NCBI GenBank assembly: GCA_965217895.1
Contig: CBDCJV010000002.1
Span: forward strand, 352,001-416,000
DNA length: 64,000 nucleotides
Direction: 5' to 3'
DNA from: Waterburya sp.
Lineage (GTDB): Bacteria; Cyanobacteriota; Cyanobacteriia; Cyanobacteriales; Xenococcaceae
Part shown: positions 20,924-30,842 of the stretch, one piece after another
Numbering within the stretch: the first letter of the stretch is position 1
Layout: every line of letters starts with the position of its first letter
Notes under the pieces: generated by a model
Told to the model about the DNA's origin: nothing
The model's database searches: none
What the model saw: only the letters and a program-made list of their open reading frames with translations
Translations under genes and position numbers: made by a program

Positions 20924-23065
20924 CTAGTCAGATTTTCTGACGATAAAATTACTAAAGCCACTGCCCGTATCATTTCCCCACTCCCAATTAGCGACGATGC
21001 CAAGGCGATTAATCTTTAAAGCAGTAGCCCAGGGATAAACATCGCTCAGAGCGCGATATAAAACGGTTTGATTGTTTACTCGTACCGAATAATTATTACC
21101 ATCAAAAACTACCCTAAGAGTATAAGGTTGCCCAAAAGCGATCGCCCGACCAATATTTGACCACACCGCATCATAAATCTCTTCAAAGCCAGCAATACGG
21201 AAGAAACAGGAAATTGACTCCCCTTCATAAAAGTCATCCAGCCAGGTATTGATAATGATGTAATTATCTCGATCCTGCCAAAAAATTAGACCGCCTCGTC
21301 CTTTTTCTCCTTGACCTCGTTCTTTTCCAGGAGGAACAATAGTAACTGACACATCAGCAATAAAATTGTCTACCGCCACAGTATATGCTGTGCGATCTGG
21401 ATTAGGATTGGCAACGTCGGCTTTTACTTTAGCAATGCCAAATTGTAAAATTTCAAAGACACCTTTGCCAATAGTTTTTTGCCAGACTTGGTTACCTAAT
21501 AAGGTAGTCTTGCCGCTTAAATCTCCCTCCCAGTTTGTAAAATCATCTTCGATGACAATATCATTGCCTTCTCGCCACCAGGGCAAATCAAAATCGAGAG
21601 TGGGAAGAGTTACGGTACGGGGATGAGCTTCAAAATTCTGTAAATACATATCAGAATTTTCTTGAGATATAGCTATACCTACACCTGTTGCCGTTGCTAA
21701 TCGTTCGTCGGTACAATTGCCAATTAGCTGACCATCAAAATAGATTTTTAATTCTTGTCCATCATCTAATATTTGCAGATAACCAACTCCATTGGCAATG
21801 GAAAAGTCTTCAGCATAGACCAATACTTCTTTTTGTCCAGCTTCAATCAACTGAAGACATATTCTAGTGTCGTTAATCTCACAACACCAATAGTTATTTT
21901 GATCTTGAAATCTCCAGACTATGCCTATGGTAGCTGATTTATCTTCTAAGGCGATCGCGCTACCCTTGCCAACGGTGACAGCAGGCTCCGTCCGTTTAGG
22001 GCGGAGTAATCTGTTACTGCTAAGGCAAATCCTAGCGTGCAATAGTCCCGAAGTTGCTTGAGGCTTTAAAATCCCTAGACTGTTATTTTCCGTGGCTATC
22101 AAGCCTTCTTCGGTGCGCTCAAAACTACCAGTAATAATCTGCCAAGCTCCCCCTACCTCAGCAGGAATAGAGGCAAGATTTCCTGTTCCTATTAAGGCAT
22201 CTGCACCATGAGCCGTACCATACCAGGTCGCTAATGCTGGAATAGTTTCGACCTTTACTCCATAGACTCTGGTATCGGCACGAAAGCCAATTTGACCGAG
22301 GACGCTTTGATGAACACCTGCGTAGAGAGTTGGTTCAAGATTAACAGCATCAATGGCTACTGGACGAAGCTGGGGAAAACTCGGTAAGCCATAAACCTGT
22401 GGTATAGAAGCTGCATAGTAAGCTGCCCCTTGCTCTCTTAAAATCACCACGTAACATACAGGAACATTCTGTAGTCCCCGTAAAATCGAGAGTAGTTTTG
22501 TACCTACTTGGGCTAGTAACTCGCCGTTTTCTGCTCCCGTGGCGCGAACAACAAAATTATTGGCGTTTTCAAGTAGGTTACTGGGTACGGCATCAGTAAA
22601 CCAACCCACTGCCAAATTATCATTAATTTTAGGTAGGGGGAAAAACTTAGTTACCTCTGCTGCCATGCGAAACCAACTAAGTAAACGTCTTGGTGTCGCT
22701 GATTTGTGCTGGCTTCCCAACCAGACAGTAACTCGTTTAAATATTGATTCAGTTTCGCTACCCTTTAACCATTGAGGAATCCTTTTATAGAGCCATTCAA
22801 TCGTCTCAGCCTGAGAAGTATTATGACCATTAAGCAGCAATACCGCCATAGTCAATCCATTTGCACGCTGATATTTGCCGTAGGCAATACCCTGTCTACC
22901 CCAACCAGGTTGAATTAAAGGCTTAAAACGTAGAGCATGATTGTCAATGGCGATCGCTTTTTCTCGATCTATTCCTTTTCTTTCAACACCAGCAGTCGTT
23001 TTACTGCCAATAGTTTTACCACTACTGCGATCGTCTGGAAAACTATCAACAAAAGATTCATTCAT
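20924..23065 (-). CDS. Hypothetical beta-rich protein with repeated ConA/lectin-like modules
   Basis: Internal repeats GIVWRFQDQNNYW / GLIFWQDRDNYI; no signal peptide; located in the polysaccharide cluster. Confidence 0.6.
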   Translation of the reverse strand: MNESFVDSFPDDRSSGKTIGSKTTAGVERKGIDREKAIAIDNHALRFKPLIQPGWGRQGIAYGKYQRANGLTMAVLLLNGHNTSQAETIEWLYKRIPQWLKGSETESIFKRVTVWLGSQHKSATPRRLLSWFRMAAEVTKFFPLPKINDNLAVGWFTDAVPSNLLENANNFVVRATGAENGELLAQVGTKLLSILRGLQNVPVCYVVILREQGAAYYAASIPQVYGLPSFPQLRPVAIDAVNLEPTLYAGVHQSVLGQIGFRADTRVYGVKVETIPALATWYGTAHGADALIGTGNLASIPAEVGGAWQIITGSFERTEEGLIATENNSLGILKPQATSGLLHARICLSSNRLLRPKRTEPAVTVGKGSAIALEDKSATIGIVWRFQDQNNYWCCEINDTRICLQLIEAGQKEVLVYAEDFSIANGVGYLQILDDGQELKIYFDGQLIGNCTDERLATATGVGIAISQENSDMYLQNFEAHPRTVTLPTLDFDLPWWREGNDIVIEDDFTNWEGDLSGKTTLLGNQVWQKTIGKGVFEILQFGIAKVKADVANPNPDRTAYTVAVDNFIADVSVTIVPPGKERGQGEKGRGGLIFWQDRDNYIIINTWLDDFYEGESISCFFRIAGFEEIYDAVWSNIGRAIAFGQPYTLRVVFDGNNYSVRVNNQTVLYRALSDVYPWATALKINRLGIVANWEWGNDTGSGFSNFIVRKSD
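21953..22028. repeat. GC-rich nested-palindrome insert next to a HIP1 site, inside a CDS
   Basis: TTGCC..GTGACAG..CTCCGTCC-gttta-GGGCGGAG..CTGTTAC..GGCAA; CTAAGGC occurs on both sides. Confidence 0.55.
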
Positions 23066-23187
23066 TCCAACCTACTTATTCTTGTACGTGAATTTAAGGC
23101 GCAAAAAGCAAATTTTTCACCTTAACTCGACAGTTATAACCAAATTTCTCAATTAGGACAGTCTCTTACAGTTTACTTGTGGTTTTC

Positions 23188-23218
23188 ACTGCCCTAACTG
23201 CCCTAACTGCCCTAACTG
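23188..23218. repeat. Short tandem repeat (ACTGCCCTA)x3
   Basis: Read directly. Confidence 0.9.
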
Positions 23219-23226
23219 TTGTTAGA

Positions 23227-24501
23227 TTAATCGTAAATTTTATAATCGTTGTTCTTAGCGATAACTAGGGAATAAGATATTGCTGCATAAATCGCCCAAA
23301 AAGAACTACTCATACTATTTATTGTTCCCTCAGTCAAATTAGATAATAGAACATAGCTTAAAAACAAAAGAGGCCAAAACCCTTCTGGGTTATTTGTTCT
23401 TCTCAATAAAGCTAAAGATTGAGCTATTGTAACCACAAAGCCGATCAAAAAAACAGCTAAGCCGATAATCCCTATCGACAACCAAATATCTAAAAATCCA
23501 TTGTGAGCATAAATTACGCCTATCCCCATTGCTAATTGTATATAGCCAGAAGGGCCCTCAAAACCATTCCAAAATGCTGAAAATCCATAACCCAACCATG
23601 GGTGCAACTGAATTTGATCCCAAACGTATCTCCAGATTAAGGTTCTGCCCGATAATGTTGTATCTTTACCTACAGAACTAGTGAGTGCATCCTCGCCTAC
23701 GTATCCAGCCAAATAAATCAAACCACCAACACCAACAATAACTACAGCTAAAACTGCCGAAATCATTACCTCATATCGCCAGCGGAAGATACGATAAACC
23801 ATGCACAGCATTAACATAATTGAAAATGTCCCTAAAGCTGTTGTGGACTGAGACAGTACCATTGCAGTACAGCTAAGAATCAGCAAAAACCAATAAATCC
23901 AGCTATTTTTTTGATTACCCAAGGCATTTAAGAAGAAAACTACGCCTGAAGGAGCCATAAATGCACCAAACTGATTTTTATGAGTAAATACGCCACGCCA
24001 TGCCCCTTCATGAACTCCACCCATCAGACCATATTTAGGTATTGCCACTACAAACAAAATACTTAGAATCAATAACAATGCATAAGTCCAAGCCAGCAAA
24101 TTCATCTGTTCGGACAAAGTATAACGGGTTGCAAAATAAAGTCCAAAAGCGGTGCTGCCAAGAGCATAAACAGCAAATCTAAAAGTTTGAGGCGGGTTAA
24201 TAGACCAAAAAACGGAAAAACAAACAATTCCCATTAATATCCAGAGCAACTTATTGCTAAAAAGTACGGGGAGAACTCTTTTCCATCTTATTGCCAAAAG
24301 AATAAACGTCACAAAGTAAACCAGCAAAGACATTTTGGCATTGAGGGACAAATCATATGTACTTATTGCTATACCGTCACCTTCATTTGCTCCTCTGGTC
24401 AAAAGTAGGGGAGTAATAGCTTCGGATAGATGAAATAAAGCGGCTATTGAAAAAACAAATTCAAAATTTTTGAACGTTTTGTTGGTATCTTTTGTCATCA
24501 T
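23227..24501 (-). CDS. O-antigen ligase/Wzy-type polymerase
   Basis: WRGVFTHKNQFG, LSQSTT, TLSGRTLIW, PWLGYG, AHNGFLD. Confidence 0.88.
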   Translation of the reverse strand: MMTKDTNKTFKNFEFVFSIAALFHLSEAITPLLLTRGANEGDGIAISTYDLSLNAKMSLLVYFVTFILLAIRWKRVLPVLFSNKLLWILMGIVCFSVFWSINPPQTFRFAVYALGSTAFGLYFATRYTLSEQMNLLAWTYALLLILSILFVVAIPKYGLMGGVHEGAWRGVFTHKNQFGAFMAPSGVVFFLNALGNQKNSWIYWFLLILSCTAMVLSQSTTALGTFSIMLMLCMVYRIFRWRYEVMISAVLAVVIVGVGGLIYLAGYVGEDALTSSVGKDTTLSGRTLIWRYVWDQIQLHPWLGYGFSAFWNGFEGPSGYIQLAMGIGVIYAHNGFLDIWLSIGIIGLAVFLIGFVVTIAQSLALLRRTNNPEGFWPLLFLSYVLLSNLTEGTINSMSSSFWAIYAAISYSLVIAKNNDYKIYD

Positions 24502-24909
24502 AGCTGTTCATTTAGCTTAATTTACTGATAGAAAGTTTTGATATAAAGATAGATATTATAATAAATCCTCAAGTTTAAATTGGCACACTTTGCCAACTTA
24601 AGTGCTTAAGCAATTAATACTAATTGTGTACTCATAAAATAAATGTTGAAGTCATTAAAAGGTTAGATATATCGCCAACAAACCTGCGTTTATTGTAGTG
24701 GTGACTTGACTTTAATCATATCAAACATAATCTAATCCTTTGAGTAAATTAAAGGCGATCGCCTGACTGATGGTAAGCCAAGAGTTACCGCTGATAAAAG
24801 ATTGATAACTCCCTCAATATAAAAAACTATAGTTTTATATTTATTATATTTATTGTCTGGCTTTGGTTAATAATGGAAGTATAAATTGCCAATAAATAAC
24901 AGTTGAGAC

Positions 24910-25737
24910 TTGAAAGACTATCTCAAGGGCGAATTAATTAACCTTCGCCGTAAAGTTGATTTACAGGTTAGCTATCATGCTGGAACTAAGCCAGGATTAG
25001 TTTTTTTGCATGGTGGATTGGGAAATAGATTTAACTGGCGATCGCAATATGAATTTTTTGGCGATCGCCATAGGGAAGTATTGGCTTACGATCTGGCGGG
25101 ACACGGACAGTCTAGTGCTTACGCACGCTATTCTGTGGGCAGACATTGCCGTGATTTAACTCGTTTACTCAAACGCTATCAGATTAAGTCGCCAATTCTT
25201 TGTTGTCATAGTTATGGTGTCCCTTTAGGTTTAGAGTGGGCAAGATACAATTCAGCTACAGCCCTGGTTTTGATCGCCGGCGGCACTCACGATCTTGCAC
25301 CTTGGTGGGAAATTCCCCTAATTAAGTTTTTAGCTTGGGGAGGCAGACACCTTTATCGCTTTCCCCAAGTACAGTCTTGGACAAACCGTTTATCTAGCAA
25401 TCATCAAGGCAAAAAAATAGAACAGTTTTTGGCAGAAAGTCCTGTTCCTCTTGAACCCTATCCCTACGAAGCGTTAGAAATTTTTTGGGGTTACAATTTT
25501 TGGCAACGTCACCAAACGCCGATGAAAAAGAAAATACCTATCTTAGTAATTAGTGCTGGTCAAGACTCCATGTTTACAGAACAGATGGGAGAAGAATTGG
25601 CAAATAGTTTTCAGCTAGGACAACATTTACATTTGCCAGAAGCGGGACATCTATTGATTGCCGAATATCCCCAGGTGGTAAATCAAGCGATCGCCGAGTT
25701 TATCAAGCAAGTAAATAGTGTAAATCGAACCAATTAG
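24910..25737 (+). CDS. Alpha/beta hydrolase
   Basis: FLHGGLG, YDLAGHGQS, nucleophile elbow CHSYG, AGH. Confidence 0.9.
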   Translation: MKDYLKGELINLRRKVDLQVSYHAGTKPGLVFLHGGLGNRFNWRSQYEFFGDRHREVLAYDLAGHGQSSAYARYSVGRHCRDLTRLLKRYQIKSPILCCHSYGVPLGLEWARYNSATALVLIAGGTHDLAPWWEIPLIKFLAWGGRHLYRFPQVQSWTNRLSSNHQGKKIEQFLAESPVPLEPYPYEALEIFWGYNFWQRHQTPMKKKIPILVISAGQDSMFTEQMGEELANSFQLGQHLHLPEAGHLLIAEYPQVVNQAIAEFIKQVNSVNRTN

Positions 25738-25824
25738 AGGCATGGATACATTTTACTCTAGGAGCAAATTCAGGTTATTTTTGGAATAGCCTGAACTAGG
25801 CTTTGTATAATTCAAAGCAAATTC

Positions 25825-26436
25825 TTGATAATGTACAAACTGTATGATTTTCTACCATCTGGAAATGGCTATAAAGTCCGACTATTACTGACTCTTTTAG
25901 ATATTCCTTTTGAAAGAATTGAGCTTAATATTTTAAAGCGAGAAACTAGAACACCAGAATTCCTTAAGAAAAATACCAATGGTAAAATTCCTTTATTAGA
26001 AATCGATCCAGATAAATTTTTAGCCGAATCAAATGCAATTTTGTATTATCTTAGCCAGGGAACAGAATATTTTCCGCAGAATAATTATGTTCAAGCCCAG
26101 GTAATGCAGTGGCTTTTTTTTGAACAATACAGTCACGAACCTAATATTGCTACTGCTCGTTTTTGGATTAGCGTTCTCCAGCAACCAGAGAAATACGAGG
26201 AACAGCTAAAACAAAAACATAAGTTGGGCAATTCTGCATTGAGTATGATGGAACAGCATTTAAGCAATCATAAGTTTTTTGTCGGCGATATTTATACCAT
26301 CGCTGATATTGGTTTGTATGCCTATACTCATGTAGCAAATGAAGGAGGATTTGACTTAAGTAAATATCCAGCCATCCTAGCTTGGTTCAAACGCATCGAA
26401 GCGCACCCAAAACATATTCTAATCACTAATACTTAA
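25825..26436 (+). CDS. Glutathione S-transferase family protein
   Basis: SGNGYKVRL, NGKIPLLE, ESNAIL, TIADI; start probably ATG 25831. Confidence 0.93.
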   Translation: MIMYKLYDFLPSGNGYKVRLLLTLLDIPFERIELNILKRETRTPEFLKKNTNGKIPLLEIDPDKFLAESNAILYYLSQGTEYFPQNNYVQAQVMQWLFFEQYSHEPNIATARFWISVLQQPEKYEEQLKQKHKLGNSALSMMEQHLSNHKFFVGDIYTIADIGLYAYTHVANEGGFDLSKYPAILAWFKRIEAHPKHILITNT

Positions 26437-26596
26437 GCTATTTTCCTCCTTACAAAAATAAAGAATTTTCAAAAGTCACATATCGAGGTAAAGTAATTTC
26501 AGCCTAATATACAGACGAAATATTTATCTTCCAGGCTAGAGGAATTTTGTAGTTCCTAACTTATGCTTATATTTTCCAAATAATTATTAACTTAAG

Positions 26597-27652
26597 ATGA
26601 ATCGAAGAAAACTATTATCAACACTGAGCGTATTTGTTCTCAGTTTAGTTTTAACTATTAGCTGTTCTCAAACTCCTAAGACTTCTCAATCTGCCGATCC
26701 GAGTACTACTACGCCTAGTACACCTAAAGGAGATGCTATTGTTATTGGCTATAGTAACTGGGCTGGCTGGTGGCCTTGGGCGATCGCCGAACAAGAAGGC
26801 TTGTTTGCCAAAAATGGTGCGAATGTCCAAATGAAGTGGTTTGACGGCTACATAGAATCAATGGAGGCTCTTGCTGCTGGTCAATTAGATGGTAATTGTC
26901 AAACTCTTAACGATACAATTTCTTTTGCTGGGGATGCGGTTAATGGGGAAGTAGCAATTTTAGTTAATGATAATTCAGCAGGTAATGACAAAATTATCGT
27001 TACCAAAGATATTAATAAAATTGAAGATTTAAAAGGCAAAAAAGTTGCTATCGAAGAAGGGGTAGTAGACGATTTCTTGTTAACTTTAGCTTTAGAATCC
27101 AAAGGCATGAAGCGCAGTGATGTAGAGATTGTTCCTTTGGAAACTGGGGCTGCTGCTGCTGCTTTTGCTTCAGGACAAACCGATGCAGTGGGTGCTTTTC
27201 CGCCGTTTTGGTTGACTGCTCTAAAACGAGAGGGTTCTAAAGAATTAATTTCCTCAAAAGCTTTTCCTGGAGCAATTCCCGATTTATTAGTAGTTACCCA
27301 AAAGCTGATTGATGAAAAGCCAGATCAGGCACAAGCACTGGTTAATACTTGGTTTGATGTCTTAGATTTTATGGCACAAAACCCAGAAAAAGCCGATGAA
27401 ATTTTGGCGACTAGGGCAGATGTCACAGTGAAAGAACTTCAGATGTTTAAAGAGGGAACTAAAATATTTACCATTGAAGAAAATTTAGAAGCCTTTAGCG
27501 ATGGAGATAGTATGAAACATATGCCTTTTTCTGCCAAAAAAATGTCTAAATTTATGGTTGATGTTGATTTTATTCCTGAAGCACCAGATTTAACTAACAT
27601 CTTAGATAGCCAGTTTGTTCAGTCTTATGCTAAATCTGCATCTGCTAAATAG
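26597..27652 (+). CDS. NitT/TauT-family ABC substrate-binding lipoprotein (possibly guanidine-type)
   Basis: Lipobox TISC; GYSNWAGWWPW; NDNSAGNDKI; DLKGKKVA. Confidence 0.85.
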   Translation: MNRRKLLSTLSVFVLSLVLTISCSQTPKTSQSADPSTTTPSTPKGDAIVIGYSNWAGWWPWAIAEQEGLFAKNGANVQMKWFDGYIESMEALAAGQLDGNCQTLNDTISFAGDAVNGEVAILVNDNSAGNDKIIVTKDINKIEDLKGKKVAIEEGVVDDFLLTLALESKGMKRSDVEIVPLETGAAAAAFASGQTDAVGAFPPFWLTALKREGSKELISSKAFPGAIPDLLVVTQKLIDEKPDQAQALVNTWFDVLDFMAQNPEKADEILATRADVTVKELQMFKEGTKIFTIEENLEAFSDGDSMKHMPFSAKKMSKFMVDVDFIPEAPDLTNILDSQFVQSYAKSASAK

Positions 27653-27866
27653 ATATTTTAGAAATCAATTATTTTCAGTTATCTGAGTACAATTTGGACA
27701 ATAAGTAGCTGAAGCATTTTAATTAATACTTCGGCTACCTATACTATCTTAAATAGCCCAAAAAAACTAAATTTTTTTTGTATCAAATTCTATTAATTGT
27801 TATCTAGTTTACTATTAATATTAATTAAATCGACTAAGATTAAAATACATATATATCGTATATATA

Positions 27867-28706
27867 ATGTCTAATATAGTATCTGAAAGCGATTCAGCAA
27901 AAGCCGTAAAATCTAGTTTAAAACCAACTATTATTTGGCGTATAGCCGAAAATATTCCTCAGTCATTATTTTGGTCTTTAGCTGGTTTATCAGTCGCCAT
28001 TCCTTTATTAGCTTGGTTATTATTATCTAAATATTCAGGGATAGAATCAATCTTTTTACCATCTCCCAAAGATGTAATTGAAGCTGTGAGAGAACTCTGG
28101 TCAAAAGGATATTTAGCTACTGATTTTTTAGCTAGCTTTGCTAGAGTAAGCATCGGATTTCTCCTGTCGGCTATAGTTGCAGTTCCTGTAGGTATATTAA
28201 TGGGAACCTTTGCCAGTATTCGAGCTTTATTTGAACCAATTATTGGCATTGTCCGCTATATGCCCGCGCCAGCTTTTATTCCTCTTTTGATTATTTATCT
28301 TGGTATCGGTGAAACTCCTAAAATTGCTCTAATATTTATTGGTACGGTGTTTTTTAATATCTTAATGATTATGGACAGCGTTAAGTTTGTACCACAAGAT
28401 TTAATTGAAACAACCTATACTCTAGGAGGCAACCGCTGGCAGGTATTGTCTGAAGTAATTACTCCTCATGTTGTTCCGCGTATTATCGATACATTTCGGG
28501 TAAATATGGCTGCTTCTTGGAACTTGGTGGTAGTAGCAGAGCTACTTGCTGCCAACGAAGGTTTAGGTAAAAGAATTTTGTTAGCTCAAAAGTTTTTGAG
28601 AACCGATGAAATCTTCGCCTGTTTAATTATCTTAGGCTTAATTGGTTTTGCGATCGATTTGTTTTTTCGCCTATTGGTTCGATTCACTTGCAAATGGGCG
28701 TTTTAG
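27867..28706 (+). CDS. NitT/TauT ABC permease
   Basis: LPSP, RYMPAPAFIPL, WNLVVVAEL. Confidence 0.9.
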   Translation: MSNIVSESDSAKAVKSSLKPTIIWRIAENIPQSLFWSLAGLSVAIPLLAWLLLSKYSGIESIFLPSPKDVIEAVRELWSKGYLATDFLASFARVSIGFLLSAIVAVPVGILMGTFASIRALFEPIIGIVRYMPAPAFIPLLIIYLGIGETPKIALIFIGTVFFNILMIMDSVKFVPQDLIETTYTLGGNRWQVLSEVITPHVVPRIIDTFRVNMAASWNLVVVAELLAANEGLGKRILLAQKFLRTDEIFACLIILGLIGFAIDLFFRLLVRFTCKWAF

Positions 28707-28739
28707 GCGTTTTAAATCAACAATTAGTAATTAGTAGTA

Positions 28740-29624
28740 ATGCACTTAGAAATATCTCAATTATATAAGCAGTTTCTGGTTAAGAAAGAACCTCTTGTCG
28801 CGCTTAAAGATATCAATATGCACGTTGAGACAGGAGAATTTGTCTGTGTAGTTGGAGCGTCAGGTTCGGGAAAGTCAACCCTCTTAAGACTAATTGCGGG
28901 CTTAGATACTCCTACTTCTGGGACAATCACGGTTGATAATGAGCCTGTTATCGGACCAGGTGCCGATCGAGGCATGGTATTTCAAAAATATACTCTTTAC
29001 CCTTGGATGTCTGTTCAAAAAAATGTCGAGTTTGGTTTAAAACTGCTTGGAATAACCCCTCGCAAAAGACGAGAATTGGCTTCTTATTACTTAGATATAG
29101 TAGGTTTGGCAAAATTCGCCCAATCATTACCCAAAGAGCTTTCTGGAGGGATGAAACAGCGAGTGGCGATCGCACGAGCTTTAGCGACTAAGCCTAAAAT
29201 ACTTTTAATGGACGAACCCTTCGGCGCGTTAGATATTCAGACTAAAGAAAATATGCAGCAGTTTCTCTTAGAAATTTGGCGCAAAACAGGCTGCACTATT
29301 TTAATGATTACCCATGATGTAAGAGAGGCAGTATTTTTGTCTCAAAGGATTTATGTTCTCTCTGCCAGACCAGGAACAGTCAAACAAGAGTTTAAGATTA
29401 ACTTCCCCAGCGATAAACCTACTTACGAAGTTTACTCAACAGAGAGAACTTCCCTAAAGGGTTCAGCAGTTTCTTCAAGCGGGGAAAACCCGCCAACGAA
29501 CTGCTTCACCGCAACGCAACTTCGCGCTAATGGCATGGCTACGCTACGCAATTATCAAATAAAACGTCAGCCTATTTTTCATAAACAGGTCGAGGATATC
29601 ATGGACTTATTGAGAAACATCTAG
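28740..29624 (+). CDS. NitT/TauT ABC ATPase carrying a 44-aa insert
   Basis: GASGSGKST, LSGGMKQR, LLMDEPFGALD, ITHD. Confidence 0.93.
   Translation: MHLEISQLYKQFLVKKEPLVALKDINMHVETGEFVCVVGASGSGKSTLLRLIAGLDTPTSGTITVDNEPVIGPGADRGMVFQKYTLYPWMSVQKNVEFGLKLLGITPRKRRELASYYLDIVGLAKFAQSLPKELSGGMKQRVAIARALATKPKILLMDEPFGALDIQTKENMQQFLLEIWRKTGCTILMITHDVREAVFLSQRIYVLSARPGTVKQEFKINFPSDKPTYEVYSTERTSLKGSAVSSSGENPPTNCFTATQLRANGMATLRNYQIKRQPIFHKQVEDIMDLLRNI
29415..29546. mobile_element. 132-bp nested small dispersed repeat inserted in HIP1
   Basis: Flanks GCGAT|...|CGC restore GCGATCGC; nested inverted repeats CGAAGTT..AACTTCG and AGCAGTT..AACTGCT. Confidence 0.8.
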
Positions 29625-30080
29625 GTAACGTCGGTTCGGTTTATGCTGAAGTAATTATAGCAAAGTGATCTAAGACGATTAGAGGTTTCTGAGAACGATG
29701 CGAGACTAAGTTTTCTCCTTTGAGCAATAAATACTAAACCTCGTCTATCTAGAAAACTGTAGTTTTATTTTTGTTCTCGACACCCGACACCCTAAACCCT
29801 ATCGCCTCAAACAGACATCTAAAAACTAAGGGTTTCAAACTAGATACAGTTTATATTACCTAAATAAACAGTTTTTCAGACACTATACATTTTGTTTTTT
29901 TTAAGCATAATAGGAAGAAACTAAGGCATTAAGTCCTGTTTCTAGAGGATGCTAATCAAGTTTACCGAAAATATTTTCTAATATTCAGCAAATCCTTACC
30001 CAAATCTACTTACCTGAGTGCTTATATGGTTATGTGTAAATGAAATAACATATTGCTAATTTTAAGTTTAAATATTTTTT

Positions 30081-30842
30081 ATGAAAGTCCCAAGTATGCG
30101 TCCTTTTTTATTTGTCACCGATTTAGACAATACTTTAGTTGGTGATGATGCTGCATTGCTCGAACTTAATCAGCAATTAACTAGTCATCGCCAGCAATTC
30201 AACAGTAAAATTGTTTATGCTACAGGGCGATCGCTTTATTTATATCGTCTTCTGGCAGAAGCAAAGTCTCTCATCCCTCCAGATGCCTTGATTACCTCTG
30301 TGGGGACAGAAATGTATTTTGATCGAGATTATAAACAACACGATCCCGAATGGGCAAATATCCTCTCTCAAGGCTGGGATAGAAAAGAAATAATGGCGAT
30401 CGCTAGTCAATTTGGCGAGTTACAGTCTCAGCCCAAATCAGAGCAAAATCCCTTTAAAATAAGCTATTATTTGGATCAGGCGGTGGCAAAACAAACTATT
30501 GCAAGCTTAACATCCGCTTTGAATGAGAAAGGTTACGACATCAAATTAATCTACAGTGCTGGTCAAGATTTAGACTTATTACCCAAAAATGGGGATAAAG
30601 GTTTAGCAGTACAGTTTTTACGTCAAAAATGGGATTTTTCCGCCGCTAAAACTATAGTTTGCGGAGATTCTGGTAATGATATTTCTATGTTTAAAGGACA
30701 AGAAAAAGGTTTGATTGTCAGTAACGCTAAAGATGAACTACTTCAGTGGTATGAAGCAAATAAAAATGACAGCCTGTATTTAGCTCAATCTGCTTGTGCT
30801 GGAGGCATTTTAGAAGGCTTAAAGCACTTTGATTTTTTGTAA
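30081..30842 (+). CDS. spp: Sucrose-phosphate phosphatase (HAD IIB)
   Basis: FVTDLDNTLVG, YATGRS, EQNPFKISY, VCGDSGND, CAGGILEG; start possibly ATG 30096. Confidence 0.88.
   Translation: MKVPSMRPFLFVTDLDNTLVGDDAALLELNQQLTSHRQQFNSKIVYATGRSLYLYRLLAEAKSLIPPDALITSVGTEMYFDRDYKQHDPEWANILSQGWDRKEIMAIASQFGELQSQPKSEQNPFKISYYLDQAVAKQTIASLTSALNEKGYDIKLIYSAGQDLDLLPKNGDKGLAVQFLRQKWDFSAAKTIVCGDSGNDISMFKGQEKGLIVSNAKDELLQWYEANKNDSLYLAQSACAGGILEGLKHFDFL

Noticed and set aside
29625..29860. Possible additional MITE after the ABC operon
   Set aside because: Only degenerate heptamers; no convincing terminal inverted repeats
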